In this document: piece by piece, positions 51,795-61,443 of the stretch | Layout: each line of letters opens with the position of its first letter | How positions within the stretch are numbered: the stretch's first letter is position 1 | DNA from: an uncultured Verrucomicrobiae bacterium | Lineage (GTDB): Bacteria; Verrucomicrobiota; Verrucomicrobiia; Chthoniobacterales; JAFAMB01 | Assembly (NCBI GenBank): GCA_963837955.1 | Contig: CAWIPH010000002.1 | Coordinates: 4,512,001 to 4,576,000 of the forward strand | Reading direction: 5' to 3' | Length of the DNA stretch: 64,000 bases | The notes under the pieces: model-generated | What the model was told of the DNA's origin: nothing | The model's database searches: none | What the model saw: the letters and a program-made list of their open reading frames with translations, nothing else | Translations under genes and position numbers: made by a program

Positions 51795-52379
51795 ATGTTG
51801 GATGTATTCAAAAACCTCGATGTCCTCGGGATTCTACGACTAGGACTGGCAGGGCTGTGCTTTCTGCTGTCCCTTCTGGCCTTCTTTCTAATTTACCGTG
51901 AACAGGGCCGTGAGGGACTGCCGCGAGTCGGTATTATCAGGGCGATTTATACGTTTATGGCCGTTAATCTGGTCACCGCGATCATCGTCGGAACAGTGGG
52001 CCTAGTCACCACGCAGCAAACTAAAAAAGGGAACGACCAACCGACGGAGGTGCCAATCAAAGGACAGCTCGAAGAGCCGCAAGCAAAGGAATATTCGGTA
52101 ATCTTTAAGGGAATGATCGGGATGGCGCAGATAATGGATGGTGGTTTCTTTGAGCAGCAGTGTCCAAAAAATGTTAACGCTGTGATTTTGGAATTCGGCC
52201 GAGCGGGAGTAGCTCCGGAGCAATTCCCGGTCTACCTGGATCAACTTTCTGACAAGCCGCTTATATTTAAACTGGCCCACCCAGCGGAAACAGGCGGTCA
52301 ACGCGTATCGAAGCCCACCATTGATTCTACCCAAATTGCGCCTACCAACGAACAACTACCCCCGCTCCAGATAAAATGA
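51795..52379 (+). CDS. Hypothetical membrane protein
   Basis: Two TM segments plus a soluble C-terminus; AAGGA RBS. Confidence 0.6.
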   Translation: MLDVFKNLDVLGILRLGLAGLCFLLSLLAFFLIYREQGREGLPRVGIIRAIYTFMAVNLVTAIIVGTVGLVTTQQTKKGNDQPTEVPIKGQLEEPQAKEYSVIFKGMIGMAQIMDGGFFEQQCPKNVNAVILEFGRAGVAPEQFPVYLDQLSDKPLIFKLAHPAETGGQRVSKPTIDSTQIAPTNEQLPPLQIK

Positions 52380-52840
52380 GAATCTTTGTGCGGTTTCTGA
52401 GAGAAAACCTGAGCTGGTGCGCTCGACGTGTAGGTCCATTGGTCGTAGCAGCTTTGCTGATATTTCCGGCGTTGGCGTCTGATTCGACGCAAGTATTAGT
52501 GCTGACTGGCAAGATCGTTAATCCTTCAGGAGAGGCGCTTCCTGGATGTGTTTTATCGGTTGTATCTTCGTTCGGTCGATCTGCTCCGACGTTCTCCCAG
52601 GCCGATGGCTCTTTCCAAGTGGAAATGGCTCTTCCTCCCAGCAGCTCTCCGGTCGCGAGCAGTACTCCGTTTCTCGAAGTGTACTGGAACAAAGAGTTAA
52701 TGTATCGACAGCCAGTCGCTTCGCTTACGATTGAAAGCGCGCTCCCGAAATTTCAAAACGCATCTGGCCCGACCGATTGGGCCAATTTATTACGCGATGG
52801 CGGGAGGGTCGAAGTGAAGCCCATACGATTGGGCCGGTGA
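52376..52840 (+). CDS. Secreted protein with carboxypeptidase-regulatory-like (prealbumin-like) domain
   Basis: LTGKIVNPSGEALPG..V...T.SQADGSF; ATGA overlap with the upstream gene. Confidence 0.6.
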   Translation: MRIFVRFLRENLSWCARRVGPLVVAALLIFPALASDSTQVLVLTGKIVNPSGEALPGCVLSVVSSFGRSAPTFSQADGSFQVEMALPPSSSPVASSTPFLEVYWNKELMYRQPVASLTIESALPKFQNASGPTDWANLLRDGGRVEVKPIRLGR

Positions 52841-53139
52841 GCGCGCGAAGCGCTTTGGAAATGACAGATGACAAATGACAGATTGCAGACGGAAGCGCTC
52901 TGATCGGTAGTCGGTGCTGGGCTGTTTTTGCTTCCTTCTGTTCAAAAATCCGTCTTGGAGTCTTCGTGATCTCTCATCTGCTATCTGATGGCGTCTCCGT
53001 TTCTCCCGTGGATCCGATTCTAAATTCTAGCTTCCAAATTCTAGATTCTGCTCTCCAATCCTTTTGCGCCTTTGCGCCTTTGCGTCTTTGCGTCTTTGCG
53101 TGAGATCATTCCGGCACCTGGCGACCTGATCTTTGACTC

Positions 53140-54072
53140 GTGTGCTGCTATATTCCGGCATTTGTGATCCCAAGGCTCGCGATTGGCTTTTCGATTTTTC
53201 TGTTTTCACTCGGCGTCTGGCGCGCTTCCGGGCAGTCCCAGTACGAGAGCAGTACGGATTTTGCCAAGTATGCGATAAAGTTGCGTGAGAACGGATTTCT
53301 CACGAGTCAGCCAAAACAAAAACTGCAGTTCCCGACCAAGGCTGTTTCGGACGAAGGGCTCCCGCCCGTAAACAGACGTTCTCTCGGCCGAGATGGCGTG
53401 CTTAATGGGAGAACCGGGCGGTACGCGTGGCGACTGAGCATCATGACCACCATCTTTTGGATTGGTGAGCGTCCGAGCACCAATAATCCGGTACCGAACG
53501 ATCGCAGCTCGTGGGATCCAAATTGGTCCTCGAACTACGGCGGTTACGACAGCCCGGATGTAAAGCTGCGAAAAAATTTTATCCCTCTGAATTTTCTGCC
53601 GCGGCAGAATCCCTTCTATGTCGCCCTCCCTTATAATGATGTGGAGGGTGGCCGCACGAAACCCGAAGCTAAAGAAGTGATTCCTTGGTTTAAGGATGCC
53701 TTTGTGCGCGATGGTCAATCCGTTCTGAAAGGGCGCTGGGTCGCGATCCGCCGCGGTAATCGAATTTGTTATGCGCAATGGGAAGATTGCGGACCGTTCT
53801 GCACCGATAATTGGCAATATGTCTTTGGCAACGAACGTCCAAAACCGAATCTGAACCAAAGCGCAGGGCTCGATGTTTCTCCGGCCGTGCGGAGCTACCT
53901 CGGTATTGGCAATATCGACGCCTGTGATTGGAAGTTCGTCGAATTCCGGGAAGTGCCGCCGGGACCCTGGGCGATGTATGGTGATAACAACAAGTTTGTC
54001 ATTCTGCGCCGCCAGAGCAACGAGCGGTTTGAGCAACGGAACCTATTGCTGGCGGCACCGACGGAGAGATAA
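53140..54072 (+). CDS. Secreted hypothetical protein, possible RlpA-like double-psi beta-barrel
   Basis: Signal-like N-terminus; YVALPY, YAQWEDCGP, AGLDVSPAV; start uncertain. Confidence 0.6.
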   Translation: MCCYIPAFVIPRLAIGFSIFLFSLGVWRASGQSQYESSTDFAKYAIKLRENGFLTSQPKQKLQFPTKAVSDEGLPPVNRRSLGRDGVLNGRTGRYAWRLSIMTTIFWIGERPSTNNPVPNDRSSWDPNWSSNYGGYDSPDVKLRKNFIPLNFLPRQNPFYVALPYNDVEGGRTKPEAKEVIPWFKDAFVRDGQSVLKGRWVAIRRGNRICYAQWEDCGPFCTDNWQYVFGNERPKPNLNQSAGLDVSPAVRSYLGIGNIDACDWKFVEFREVPPGPWAMYGDNNKFVILRRQSNERFEQRNLLLAAPTER

Positions 54073-54197
54073 CGCCGATAACGCCGACAGCGCCGGGAAC
54101 GGGCGTCGGGACTTGGTGCCAGCACCCGATTTTCGTTGAGACCGCACCTGCATAGCGCTACCCTTTCTTGTCACACTCGGTTTCCCAGGAGGCCGAC

Positions 54198-55574
54198 ATG
54201 ATCACGTTTAGTCCACCGCAGATTGTCTCCTTCCCTTCGACTCCGCTCGGCCCGCAGATGTTGTTGGTGGTACGAACCTTCTCGCAAGATCATACCGGGT
54301 TTGCGGCGGCTTTTTGGAAAGATGACAACGTCCTCGCTGGCAACGGCAATGCCTGGAGTGACTGGCAGTTCTGGGAACTCGGCCAACAGCCGCCGCAGGA
54401 TTGGAATCCGCCGGCCGATTGGACGGGCTTCCACCTTGAGCCAGGGCCGATTCCTCCGGCTCCTGCATGGCCGCTGGTCGGCTATATCGATCCGGACCAG
54501 GTGTTTCGCGCGAACGGCTTCTTTGCGTTCGAAGGCGCCGTGCGTACCGCCGTGGTCGGTCAACCGTGGTGGCAAATCCCGACGGCCGATGTAGCGTTCG
54601 ACGTTTTTCGGAACGATTTCCTGCCGCGCGTCGGCGCTGCCTGGAAGGAGGGCCCACGCAACCGTCTCAACATTTTTGGATCAGCCGCCCTCGGGGCAGC
54701 TCCACTGAGGGAGCTGTGGTGGGACGGCGCACGGTGGAACTGGACCGACCATGACCGCGGCCCAAACGGGGACGCACTCGGGCCATCGAGTTTGGTTTTC
54801 CCCAAGACGTCTAACGCCTATCTCTTCGGCGTGACTGCCCCAAAAGACAATATACAATTGTTGGCGTATCGCCCGGGGGCGGGCTGGGACTTTGCAGGCG
54901 GCTTCCAAGGTCCCGACGGCACTGCGGACCTCCGCGCGCCCGTCGCGCTTTTCTATGACGACGACCGCGGGACTAATGTGCACGCTTTCACCGTTGGCAG
55001 GTTGGGCAACGGTGAATATCATCTGTTCCAGACGCATCAGCTGTTTGGTTCCGACTGGGAAGCCTGGGTAGATTTCGGAACGCCGCCGGATGAGCCAATC
55101 TCCGTGTGTCAGGACCTGCCGCCCGATATCGGCGTCGATGTCCGCACCCAATTCCTTGCGGGTGACCCATTCACCATGACATCTGCTTGCGTGTGGCAAG
55201 ACGATCAAGGCTTGCATATCCATCTCTTTGGCTACAGCGACATCGTACCGCAGCTCGATCCCCGGGTCGGCCGTGGCAGCCTGGTGCATTTCTCGTGGCA
55301 AGGCGGAGACTGGCGGAACGGGCATTGGGGTTGGGAAGCCACTACCCGACCGGTCGAATGTCTGAACGTCGCTACGAATTCCGGACCGGCGAGGCTTCCG
55401 ACCACTTTCCAGACGACTAGCTCGGCGGTCTATCAAGGTCAGACCAGAGACGGGCAAGCACGGCAACGCGTCAGCGCCGTCGGCTTCACGGGTCCGGGTC
55501 AGCAAGGAACCGTATGGGAATACGTGATGGACACGACGGTCGATCAAGATTTCCATTGGTCGCAATTCGCGTAA
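54198..55574 (+). CDS. Hypothetical Trp-rich protein, possible lectin-type beta-propeller
   Basis: AGGAGG RBS; repeats such as LRELWWDGARWNWTDH and WEAWVDFGTP. Confidence 0.55.
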   Translation: MITFSPPQIVSFPSTPLGPQMLLVVRTFSQDHTGFAAAFWKDDNVLAGNGNAWSDWQFWELGQQPPQDWNPPADWTGFHLEPGPIPPAPAWPLVGYIDPDQVFRANGFFAFEGAVRTAVVGQPWWQIPTADVAFDVFRNDFLPRVGAAWKEGPRNRLNIFGSAALGAAPLRELWWDGARWNWTDHDRGPNGDALGPSSLVFPKTSNAYLFGVTAPKDNIQLLAYRPGAGWDFAGGFQGPDGTADLRAPVALFYDDDRGTNVHAFTVGRLGNGEYHLFQTHQLFGSDWEAWVDFGTPPDEPISVCQDLPPDIGVDVRTQFLAGDPFTMTSACVWQDDQGLHIHLFGYSDIVPQLDPRVGRGSLVHFSWQGGDWRNGHWGWEATTRPVECLNVATNSGPARLPTTFQTTSSAVYQGQTRDGQARQRVSAVGFTGPGQQGTVWEYVMDTTVDQDFHWSQFA

Positions 55575-55660
55575 TCTAGCTCAGCGCTAGCAAAGCCATC
55601 GCATACGGCCTGCGAAGCGCATGGCAAATGACCAATCGCTACGGGGAGGAAGCCGGAATG

Positions 55661-56216
55661 ATCTCACGCAAAGACGCCAAGACGCAAAGAGGGAACAAGG
55701 CAAGTGATTGGTGAACGGAGCACGAGTGCACGGTAGGGTTGAGCTCTTGGATCCTAAATACTGAATCCTAACTCCTCTCTTGCTTCACAGAAGATCGCAA
55801 AGACCACGAAGATTTTTTTTGAACAGAAGGTAGCAAAGGCTTCGACCTGAGCTCAGCCGAACGGGAAGCAAAGGGCCTTCGACCTGGACGTGAGCTCGGT
55901 CGAACGGTGGAATTCTCTGTGCTCTTTGTGTTCCTTGGCCGACGAAGCTTTTGCCGTAGTTGGAAGTCTAAAAAAAAAGTCAGCGAACTTGGAATCTTGG
56001 CGAAGTCTGCTTTTGCGGCTATTTACCGCTTTTCTGCTCACTGCTGACCCAATCACCAATCACCTCTCACTTTTCACGTCCCCCCTTTGCGACTTTGCGT
56101 GAGGTATTTTCCGGCCGAGCAGGCGTGTCCGACGAAGCATCCACCAGGTGGTGATACGATTTTCAACTAACTTCGCGAAGTCGGAAGCTCAGCCCTACCG
56201 CGTCTTGGCGTGAGAT
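55661..56216. repeat. Composite spacer bounded by inverted ATCTCACGC modules
   Basis: + copy at 55661; - copies at ~56086-56104 and ~56201-56216; ~55926-56000 resembles the reverse complement of ~1000-1075. Confidence 0.8.
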
Positions 56217-56217
56217 T

Positions 56218-56838
56218 CTACGCCTGCTCGGCGTTGGGTTTTTTGAGCCAAAATTTCTTCACGAGCCGAGCGCTTTCCAGGGCGATAAGCAGGAAGAGCA
56301 ACCATCGAGAGATGTACCAGTGTCCTTTGCCGGCGATCGATTGATGGTAGATCAAGACAATCGCCGCTACGTAAGCCAGCCGGTGAAGGAGTTTCCATCT
56401 CTTCCCTCCCAGTTTCCGCACTGACCAGTTGTTGCTCGTCGATGCGAGTACCACCAGGATACTGAGCCCCGTCAAACCAAACCAGGTAAACGGTTTGGTA
56501 AAACTTTGCAGTAGATCCTCCCAATCGCCCTGGTAGAGCACATGACACGAGAAATGGATCAGACCGTAAATGCAGGCTGACACACCGATGTAGCGGCGAT
56601 GCCGGTTGAGCGCATTAACGATAGCCGAACGCGGAAAGAGTACCCGCAGAGGAGTCAGACTCAAGACCGCGCCCAAAGTCCAGATCGCAATCTCGCCGGA
56701 CACGTGGAGCAGCCGTTCAACTGGATTTGCACCAAGCTGATTGGTGATGACCGGAATGATAATGAAACAGACCCCGATCCCAATAAGAATGACGAGCGCG
56801 GCAATTTTGCTCGCGAGAATCCTGGCGAAGAGGTTCAT
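56218..56838 (-). CDS. msrQ: Heme-binding membrane subunit MsrQ (YedZ)
   Basis: RRYIGV...Y...H, LASTSN, WKLLHRLAY; downstream of msrP. Confidence 0.85.
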   Translation of the reverse strand: MNLFARILASKIAALVILIGIGVCFIIIPVITNQLGANPVERLLHVSGEIAIWTLGAVLSLTPLRVLFPRSAIVNALNRHRRYIGVSACIYGLIHFSCHVLYQGDWEDLLQSFTKPFTWFGLTGLSILVVLASTSNNWSVRKLGGKRWKLLHRLAYVAAIVLIYHQSIAGKGHWYISRWLLFLLIALESARLVKKFWLKKPNAEQA

Positions 56839-56859
56839 GCCCAGGTTGATTTCCGCGAA

Positions 56860-57840
56860 TCAGAAATTTTCCCGAAGATCCAATCCGACGTAGAGGCCGG
56901 CGACCTCCTTTTCGTACCCGTTGAATTTCAGAGTTGGTTGTCTCCCCCCGAAGAAGCCGGCGCCGATGACCCGCTCCGTTTTCTGGCTCCAGCGGGGATG
57001 ATCAACTTCCGGGTTCACGTTCGCGTAGAATCCGTACTCATTCGGCGCCATCTGGTTCCAAAGAGTCTTCGGCTGTTCGGCCACGAAATCGATTCGCACC
57101 AGCGATTTAGCTCCTTTGAACCCGTACTTCCAAGGAACAACCAAACGGATGGGCGCCCCGTTCTGGTTCAGCAACGGCTTGCCATAGATGCCTGTCGCCA
57201 GGAAAGCCAACTCATGGTTCGCTTCCGGCAACGTCAGGCCCTCAGTGTACGGCCACGAGAAATCCTGCGAGCGCTGACCTGGACAGTTTTTCGAGTCCAT
57301 GAAGGAGGTGAACTGCAGGTACTTCGCTTCGGGTTTAGGCCCAGCCATAGCTACCAATTTGGCGAGGGCGATTCCATCCCACGGTATCACCATCGACCAT
57401 GCTTCCACACACCGGTGCCGGTAATTGCGCTGCTCGATTCCGCCGGCGGCTTTGACCAAGTCGTTGACATCATAGGTGGCGGGTTTTGCGCATAAACCGC
57501 CGATCTCGATCGTCCAAGGTTCGGTCTTCCAGCCGCGGTTGGCATTGGCTTTGGGATCGCCCTTTTCCAGCCCCCACTCGTAAAAATTATTATAGCCGGT
57601 GATGTCGTCGTAGGACGTGAGTTTAATTCCGGGCAATTTGTAGCTCGCATTCAGCACGTCAGGAAACCCGGAGATCGCAGCGCGGACCACCGCCGGGAAC
57701 AAAGTGCCGGCCGCCAGTCCCAGGCCGCAGGTTCGCAGAAATTGGCGCCGCCCCAGATACCGGGACTCAGGAGTAACGGCGGAATCGGGCAACTGCCAGG
57801 AATGTTTCTTTGGGATATGCACTGCGAAGGCGGAGCGCAT
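56860..57840 (-). CDS. msrP: Protein-methionine-sulfoxide reductase catalytic subunit MsrP (YedY)
   Basis: Tat RRQFL, YNNFYEWG, RCVEAWSMVIPW, QNGAPIRLVVPWKYGFKGAKS, YGFYANVNP; start 57840 or GTG 57822. Confidence 0.93.
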   Translation of the reverse strand: MRSAFAVHIPKKHSWQLPDSAVTPESRYLGRRQFLRTCGLGLAAGTLFPAVVRAAISGFPDVLNASYKLPGIKLTSYDDITGYNNFYEWGLEKGDPKANANRGWKTEPWTIEIGGLCAKPATYDVNDLVKAAGGIEQRNYRHRCVEAWSMVIPWDGIALAKLVAMAGPKPEAKYLQFTSFMDSKNCPGQRSQDFSWPYTEGLTLPEANHELAFLATGIYGKPLLNQNGAPIRLVVPWKYGFKGAKSLVRIDFVAEQPKTLWNQMAPNEYGFYANVNPEVDHPRWSQKTERVIGAGFFGGRQPTLKFNGYEKEVAGLYVGLDLRENF

Positions 57841-58216
57841 GACAGATGACAGATGACTGGAAGGAAGGAAATCAGCAAATAGCAAATAGCAAATAGCAAA
57901 TAGCAAATACGCAGAGAGAATAGAATCGCAGATCGCAGATGCAGATCACTAAATCTCGCGCTCAGAGGAGGCAGTGAAAAGTGATTGGTTATCGGTGAAA
58001 GGAGCGAGTCTATTCGCGTACATTCGTGGTTGCTAAATTCCACCAGGTCGGAGGCCTTTTATTTCCTTCTGTGCCAAAATCCGCACTTTGCGTCTTTGCG
58101 TGAGATTATTCCGGCCGAAGCTCAGCCCTGCCGCACGTGGCTCCGTTCACCAATCACCAATCACTTCCGCTGTTCCCTCTTTGCGTCTTGGCGCCTTTGC
58201 GTGAGATCATTCCGGC

Positions 58217-59296
58217 ATGGCATTCTCTTTCGGATTAATCGGCGCTGGCTGGCGTAGCGAATTTTACCTGCGAATCGCTCGCGATCTTCCGGAGCAGTTT
58301 CCGCTTGTGGGGGTCGTGGTTCGCAATCCCGAAAAACGAGCGCGGCTCGCGAGCGACTGGTCCGTCCCGGTATTTGGCACCGCGGAGGAATTGCTGACCG
58401 AGGGGCGTCCGGACTTTGTGGTAACCTCCGTTTCGTGGATAGCCAATCTCCCGTTGTTGGAGTTTTTCTCGAAACGTGTTGTCCCAATTCTTTCCGAGAC
58501 GCCAATTGGAACTGAGCTTTCTGATCTCCATCGGGTCAGCGATCTGGTAAGCGCAGGAGCGCGGATCCAGGTGGCCGAACAATATCTCTTTCAGCCGCTT
58601 CACGCGGCGCGACTGGCGCTTGTCCGCGCCGGTCGCCTGGGAACGGTTTATGAAGCCGATGTATCGATTGCCCACGGCTACCACGGTGTAAGCTTGCTCC
58701 GCCATTTTCTTCAAGTGGGCTTTCGGTTGCCGCGGGTCAGCGCGCGTCGCTTTGCTTCGCAGGTCGTGAACGGTCCCGATCGGGGAGGCGTACCAACAGA
58801 ACGAAGAATCATTGAGTCGGAAAGGACCATTGCCCAGCTTGACTATGGAGATCGGCTCGGAATTTTTGATTTTACCGGAGACCAATATTTTTCATGGATC
58901 CGTTCTCCTCGGCTTCTCGTGCGGGGCGAGGAAGGGGAGATAAATCAAACGACGGTCCGGCTGCTGCATAATGTTTACACACCGTTTCAATTTGACTTGG
59001 TTCGGCGCGACGCGGGACATAGCGGCAACTTGGAGGGTTACGCTCATCAGGCGATCTGCGGTGGAGGCGAAATTCTCTACCAGAACCCGTTTCCCGGTAT
59101 GCGGTGGAGCGATGATGAAATCGCTGTGGCGACTTCACTCTCGAAAATGGCGAGCTACATCGCCAACGGTGAACCCTTCTATAGTGTGGCTGAGGCTTGT
59201 CATGACCGTTATCTCGATCTTTTGATCGCCGAATCCGTCGCGAGTGGTCGGGAGGCTTCTGGGAAGCCGCAGCCTTGGATGGGGCGAAGCGCATGA
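58217..59296 (+). CDS. Gfo/Idh/MocA-family oxidoreductase
   Basis: GLIGAGWR Rossmann motif, ILSETP, QVAEQY. Confidence 0.8.
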   Translation: MAFSFGLIGAGWRSEFYLRIARDLPEQFPLVGVVVRNPEKRARLASDWSVPVFGTAEELLTEGRPDFVVTSVSWIANLPLLEFFSKRVVPILSETPIGTELSDLHRVSDLVSAGARIQVAEQYLFQPLHAARLALVRAGRLGTVYEADVSIAHGYHGVSLLRHFLQVGFRLPRVSARRFASQVVNGPDRGGVPTERRIIESERTIAQLDYGDRLGIFDFTGDQYFSWIRSPRLLVRGEEGEINQTTVRLLHNVYTPFQFDLVRRDAGHSGNLEGYAHQAICGGGEILYQNPFPGMRWSDDEIAVATSLSKMASYIANGEPFYSVAEACHDRYLDLLIAESVASGREASGKPQPWMGRSA

Positions 59297-59808
59297 CAGA
59301 TGAAGATGAAGTGGGCCGATGGGACGAATGGGTCTAATGGGGCCAATGGGGTGGCGTCTAAAACAGCGCTGTGCCGGCGAGGCGCGCGACAGACTACGGA
59401 TAAACGCCGACAGCGCCGAGAACGCCGGGAACGGGATTGCGGAATACGGGAGGATTACGGAAAAGCAGCTGAACAAAAGCTAACGGAGGAACAGAATTTA
59501 GAAGAGGGTACCCCCTTTGCTGCCTTTGCTACCTTCTGTTCAAAATATCTTTGTGGGCTTTGGAACCTTCTCTGAAATAATACTCGGAGGGTCTTTCTCT
59601 TTGAAAAAAGACTTTGTTTCCTTTGCTGCGTTTTGTTTATGGGTTTAGTAGGTCCTCCTTCGTTCCCCCACCACCCACGACTCGGCGCACAAGCGATCCG
59701 ATAAACGGTAGTTAGAGAACGCGAAGAGGAAAAAATCCCCCAGCCCCCACCCGTGCCACACTAACATGCACGAACAACCTAGAGCCAACTTGGAGTAACC
59801 CCTGGCGT

Positions 59809-60426
59809 ATGACTTGGTTGCTGATTGTTGTTCTCTGTTACCTCATTGGTTCGATCCCATGGGGATATCTTTTGGCACGAGCACAAGGACTTGATATTCG
59901 ACGGCATGGAAGCGGGAACATCGGAGCGGCCAACGTAGTCCGAGTGATGGGCAAGAAATGGGGTTACCTGGTTTTTCTTTGCGATTTTTTTAAAGGTTTT
60001 CTGTCGGTGAAACTCGGTTTCCTGATTGCTGGATATTTCCTGGTCAATCCTGTTCTGGGAAGCGTCATCGCCGCGATCGCATGCGTCTTAGGGCACGACT
60101 TCCCCGTCTGGCTTGGTTTCAAAGGGGGCAAGGGTATCGCCACTTTGGCCGGAACGATTCTTGGCCTATTCCCGCCTCTGGTGTTTGTTTCATTTGGGGT
60201 GGTCTGGATTGCGGTCTTTTTTATCGGCCGATACACGTCATTGGCTTCGATGAGTGCGGCTGTCGCTCTGCCGATTGCGGTCTTCCTGATCGTTGCGAGG
60301 ACCGAACCCGATTTTCCGTTATTGGTTGGATTTGCCGTTTTAATGGCGGCCTTAGCGATCTGGCTGCATCGCAGTAACATCGTGCGGCTGCTGAACGGGA
60401 CGGAGAACCGGTTTAGAAGGAAATAA
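59809..60426 (+). CDS. plsY: Glycerol-3-phosphate acyltransferase PlsY
   Basis: YLIGSIP, DIRRHGSGNIGAAN, GHDFPVWLGFKGGKGIAT, HRSNI.RL..GTE. Confidence 0.95.
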   Translation: MTWLLIVVLCYLIGSIPWGYLLARAQGLDIRRHGSGNIGAANVVRVMGKKWGYLVFLCDFFKGFLSVKLGFLIAGYFLVNPVLGSVIAAIACVLGHDFPVWLGFKGGKGIATLAGTILGLFPPLVFVSFGVVWIAVFFIGRYTSLASMSAAVALPIAVFLIVARTEPDFPLLVGFAVLMAALAIWLHRSNIVRLLNGTENRFRRK

Positions 60427-60483
60427 GCGCCGTTTTCCGAGGAGTTATGCCAGCGTTGCCGGCGCGATCAACCCCTCTAATGA

Positions 60484-61308
60484 CTAGCGGCGCCCGGCGA
60501 TTCCGCGCTGCACTTGTGCGTCGTACACGAGCCGTTTGATAAACATCGGGAGGAACGCGATTGCCGTCATCGCTAAATTCACCATAGCGCCAGGGATCAC
60601 TCTGGCGCGGTCTTTTGTTGCGGCCTTCAAAGCTTGTCGAACGACTTCTTGGACAGGCACGACAAAAGAGTCCGGAGCGGTGTGCCTCTCCCGCTCACCT
60701 GTGCGGGTGGCAAGTGATAGATATTCTGTTGAAACAGGTCCTGGACATACCGCTGTAACGGATATGTTGGACGAACGCAGCTCGGCTCGAAGGGCCTCGC
60801 TAAAACTGGTCACATACGCTTTCGTCGCTGCATACACCGCACTGTTAGGCAAAGGAAGCAAGCTGGCGATCGAACTCACATTGAGGATCGCGCCGTATCT
60901 GGCCTTTCTCATGGCGGGTAGAATTCTGAAAGTCAGGTAGGTCAACGCGTACACGTTAACCTGCAGCATGGAGTTAACCCGCTCCCATTCGCTGTCGGCG
61001 AACGGTCCATGGTCACCCAGTCCAGCGTTGTTAATCAAAAGATCGACGGCCAGACCGCTTTCATCCAGCCAATCGCAGAAACGTTCCAGCTCGCCATTGT
61101 CGCGAAGGTCAATGGCGCGACTGAACAGCTGCAGTTTGGGATTGATCGCCTGAAGTTCCGATTTGAGTGTCTCCAAGCGATCGTTGCGACGAGCCACCAG
61201 GACCATCGTACTCACCATCGGGGCGAGTTGCCGCGCAAACTCGTAACCGATCCCGGCGGACGCTCCGGTGATCAGGGCCGTGCGCTCGGTGAAATAGCTG
61301 CTGTCCAT
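60484..61308 (-). CDS. SDR-family oxidoreductase
   Basis: TGASAGIG, NNAG, YAATK. Confidence 0.9.
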   Translation of the reverse strand: MDSSYFTERTALITGASAGIGYEFARQLAPMVSTMVLVARRNDRLETLKSELQAINPKLQLFSRAIDLRDNGELERFCDWLDESGLAVDLLINNAGLGDHGPFADSEWERVNSMLQVNVYALTYLTFRILPAMRKARYGAILNVSSIASLLPLPNSAVYAATKAYVTSFSEALRAELRSSNISVTAVCPGPVSTEYLSLATRTGERERHTAPDSFVVPVQEVVRQALKAATKDRARVIPGAMVNLAMTAIAFLPMFIKRLVYDAQVQRGIAGRR

Positions 61309-61443
61309 AGCGGCGAAGCGCATGAGACGCTACAAATGGCGGGGAAGAGGCAAATAGCAAATAGCAAATAGCAAATAGCAGATCACCGGCGTTCCCGGCG
61401 CTACCGGCGTTTGACTGAGTCGCTGCGCCCGAAACCCACGGTA

